Positions 31,286 to 32,000 of a DNA stretch of 32,000 bases are shown piece by piece. Both the position numbers and the translations under genes were made by a program. The first letter of the stretch is position 1, and each line of letters starts with the position of its first letter. The notes under the pieces are model-generated. The model was given only the letters and a program-made list of their open reading frames with translations. It did not search any database and was not told the DNA's origin. Source of the stretch: Coprobacillaceae bacterium (GTDB lineage Bacteria > Bacillota_I > Bacilli_A > Erysipelotrichales > Coprobacillaceae); NCBI GenBank assembly GCA_963675515.1, contig OY776328.1, forward strand, positions 600,001 through 632,000, given 5' to 3'.

Positions 31286-31467
31286 CGGGATTTCCCGTTG
31301 GTTTTTTTATACCAAGAATGCAGATCCTGATAATTTCCCGATTTGGCACAGCTTTGAGATGAACAACTTGAACAACCGGTTTTGCCACAGCGGTAGTTGT
31401 GGATCAGACGGTATATGATAGCCCCCAGTATAACTGCAATTACTATCAATACTATTATATCTCCCAT
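31282..31467 (-). CDS. FeoB-associated-type Cys-rich small membrane protein (61 aa)
   Basis: MGDIIVLIVIAVILGAIIYRLI forms a TM helix and is followed by CGKTGCSSCSSQSC. This is the layout of the FeoB-associated Cys-rich membrane protein family. An AAGGAGG SD is present. Confidence 0.65.
   Translation of the reverse strand: MGDIIVLIVIAVILGAIIYRLIHNYRCGKTGCSSCSSQSCAKSGNYQDLHSWYKKTNGKSR
31284..31308 (+). terminator. Terminator of the aminotransferase-HAD-HAD operon
   Basis: AACGGGA (31284-31290) / TCCCGTT (31293-31299), then GG and T7. Confidence 0.65.
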
Positions 31468-31503
31468 AACAAAACCTCCTTGTTAGCCTTATCTAACAAT
31501 TTG

Positions 31504-31531
31504 ATTGTATCAAAAACTGCCAAAAAAGCAA
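31504..31531 (-). promoter_or_regulatory. Promoter of the Cys-rich miniprotein gene
   Basis: Minus strand: TTGCTT (31531-31526), 16 nt, then extended -10 TGaTACAAT (31512-31504). Confidence 0.5.
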
Positions 31532-31537
31532 GTTAAA

Positions 31538-31570
31538 TGCAAAAGAAAAGGAATCGTAGGATTCCTTTTC
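31538..31570 (-). terminator. Rho-independent terminator of csp
   Basis: Perfect 11-bp stem GAAAAGGAATC / GATTCCTTTTC (31545-31555 / 31560-31570), followed on the minus strand by TTTTGC. Confidence 0.85.
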
Positions 31571-31580
31571 GGTGGTTTTA

Positions 31581-31790
31581 TTATCCAGCTGCAACAGTAA
31601 CGTTTTTAGCTTGTGGTCCACGATCTGAGTCAACAACATCGAATTGAACGTTTTGTCCTTCTTCCAATGTTTTGAATCCTTCTGCCATGATTGCAGAGAA
31701 GTGAACAAAGATGTCTTTGTTTGTGTCCGCATCAGTGATGAAACCGTAACCTTTTTCTTGATCAAACCATTTAACTTTTCCCGTACTCAT
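31581..31790 (-). CDS. Cold-shock protein (CspA family)
   Basis: [18 protein letters not shown] (RNP1) and DIFVHFSAI (RNP2) are present. Length is 69 aa. A GGAGGT SD precedes the ATG at 31790. Confidence 0.95.
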   Translation of the reverse strand: MSTGKVKWFDQEKGYGFITDADTNKDIFVHFSAIMAEGFKTLEEGQNVQFDVVDSDRGPQAKNVTVAAG

Positions 31791-31913
31791 TTTGGTACCT
31801 CCATAAAAATTCTGCAAAATGAGTTTCTTTATGTAAAAACTTGATTCTCAAATATTTTACAAAAAGATTACTTCAATATTTGGAATCAAAGTAAATAACT
31901 AATTTGCAATAAT

Positions 31914-31942
31914 ATTTTATCATATCTCAAAAAAATAAACAA
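31914..31942 (-). promoter_or_regulatory. Candidate csp promoter with a long 5' UTR
   Basis: Minus strand: TTGTTT (31942-31937), 17 nt, then TGaTAAAAT (31922-31914). This would give a roughly 120-nt leader, as is common for csp genes. Confidence 0.35.
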
Positions 31943-32000
31943 ACAAAAAAATGTAAAAATAACTTAATCTTCACATTTTTAAAATTGAACGTTTACAATG

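Noticed and set aside
1-32000. Mollicute-type genetic code (TGA = Trp), given the Erysipelotrichia/Mollicutes-like gene content
   Set aside because: cutC, rdgB, the DUF1461 gene and perR all terminate at TGA at the expected protein lengths. No conserved gene needs an in-frame TGA. Code 11 fits.

Overview
This is a chromosomal segment from a moderate/low-GC Bacillota (Firmicutes)-type bacterium. It uses the standard genetic code: conserved genes end at TGA and have no in-frame TGA. The PerR-rubrerythrin pair suggests an anaerobe or aerotolerant organism. I support about 37 tightly packed CDS. Most are housekeeping genes: cutC, cysK, a PatB/MalY-type C-S lyase, a MATE efflux pump, serC-serA, ridA-aroE-rdgB-trmL, perR-rbr, hflX, argG-argH, RNase J, degV, trxA and a cold-shock protein. 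There are also several HAD, PHP and metallophosphoesterase phosphatases and an aminotransferase. I saw no rRNA, tRNA, CRISPR array, transposase or integrase. Many hairpin plus T-run terminators and near-consensus sigma-A promoters can be read directly and define the operons. The one clearly accessory region is the first 3.4 kb. It holds four consecutive genes whose products all begin with a prepilin-type leader (M-x-N-x-G followed by a hydrophobic helix). The last is a 540-aa modular pilin whose C-terminal half carries repeats resembling carbohydrate-binding module 5/12. No pilus or pseudopilus assembly genes occur in the window. Secondary observations are a roughly 85-aa low-complexity basic N-terminal extension on RNase J encoded by tandem DNA repeats, a 630-bp ORF-poor gap after trxA, candidate operators at the hflX, perR and argG promoters, an orphan FeoB-associated-type Cys-rich miniprotein, and strong intra- and intergenic GC mosaicism that produces long antisense shadow ORFs. 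All family assignments come from motif recognition by eye. No database search was run.
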